DNA of 64,000 nt from a virus: the IMG/VR virus record IMGVR_UViG_3300044646_003076; one strand, given 5' to 3'. Under the pieces are notes generated by a model. It was given only the letters and a program-made list of their open reading frames with translations, was not told the DNA's origin and made no database searches. The number at the start of each line of letters is the position of its first letter. Positions within the stretch are counted from its first letter, which is position 1. A program made the position numbers and the translations under genes. This document shows, in pieces, positions 63,863 to 64,000 of this stretch.

Positions 63863-64000
63863 TTTCATTATCTGAAATGATAACAAAATATAATATGAAT
63901 ATTCGGGGTGTTATTCATATTGGCGCTCATTATGGCGAAGAGGTTCCCGAATACATTAAAAATGGAATTTCTGAACTTCATCTGTTTGAACCTCTGTCGG
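63856..64000 (+). CDS. FkbM-family methyltransferase, N-terminal part (truncated by window edge)
   Basis: MLISLSEMITKYNMNIRGVIHIGAHYGEE...LFEP. Confidence 0.8.
   Translation, partial: MLISLSEMITKYNMNIRGVIHIGAHYGEEVPEYIKNGISELHLFEPLS

Noticed and set aside
1-64000. Photosynthesis AMGs (psbA, psbD, hli, cpeT), hsp20, group I introns, integrase or IS elements
   Set aside because: No matching ORFs or structures were seen in this window. The cyanophage assignment rests on core-gene motifs, synteny and promoter style only.

Overview
This 64 kb window is an AT-rich segment of a T4-like myovirus genome of the cyanophage (Kyanoviridae-like) type, probably freshwater; the host is inferred, not shown. 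It runs from the end of the head scaffold gene (gp22) and major capsid gene (gp23) through the recombination/replication core: gp3, uvsY, uvsW, gp55, gp47, gp46, gp45, gp44, gp62, regA, gp43, uvsX, gp41, gp61, nrdA with a 330-aa intein, and nrdB. Next come a lysis/tail-fibre block (40.5-45 kb) and an accessory region of small early genes (45-64 kb). The accessory region holds an AAA ATPase, a DEDDh exonuclease, an RNA ligase, a nicotinamide phosphoribosyltransferase, two tRNAs and the start of a GT11/FkbM glyco-modification cluster. The main signals not explained by the standard T4 gene set are: (1) ten paralogous genes at four loci built from about 43 copies of a 26-aa LRV/HEAT-like repeat, with a fixed scaffold, hypervariable surface positions and evidence of repeat swapping between loci; (2) a palindromic box upstream of seven promoters, one of which sits directly in front of a ribbon-helix-helix gene; (3) late genes with T4-like capsid-targeting N-termini or shared acidic modules; (4) four single-base homopolymer frameshifts confined to the accessory region; (5) two stand-alone terminase-like ATPases. 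All product calls come from motif recognition and synteny. No database search or computation was run.
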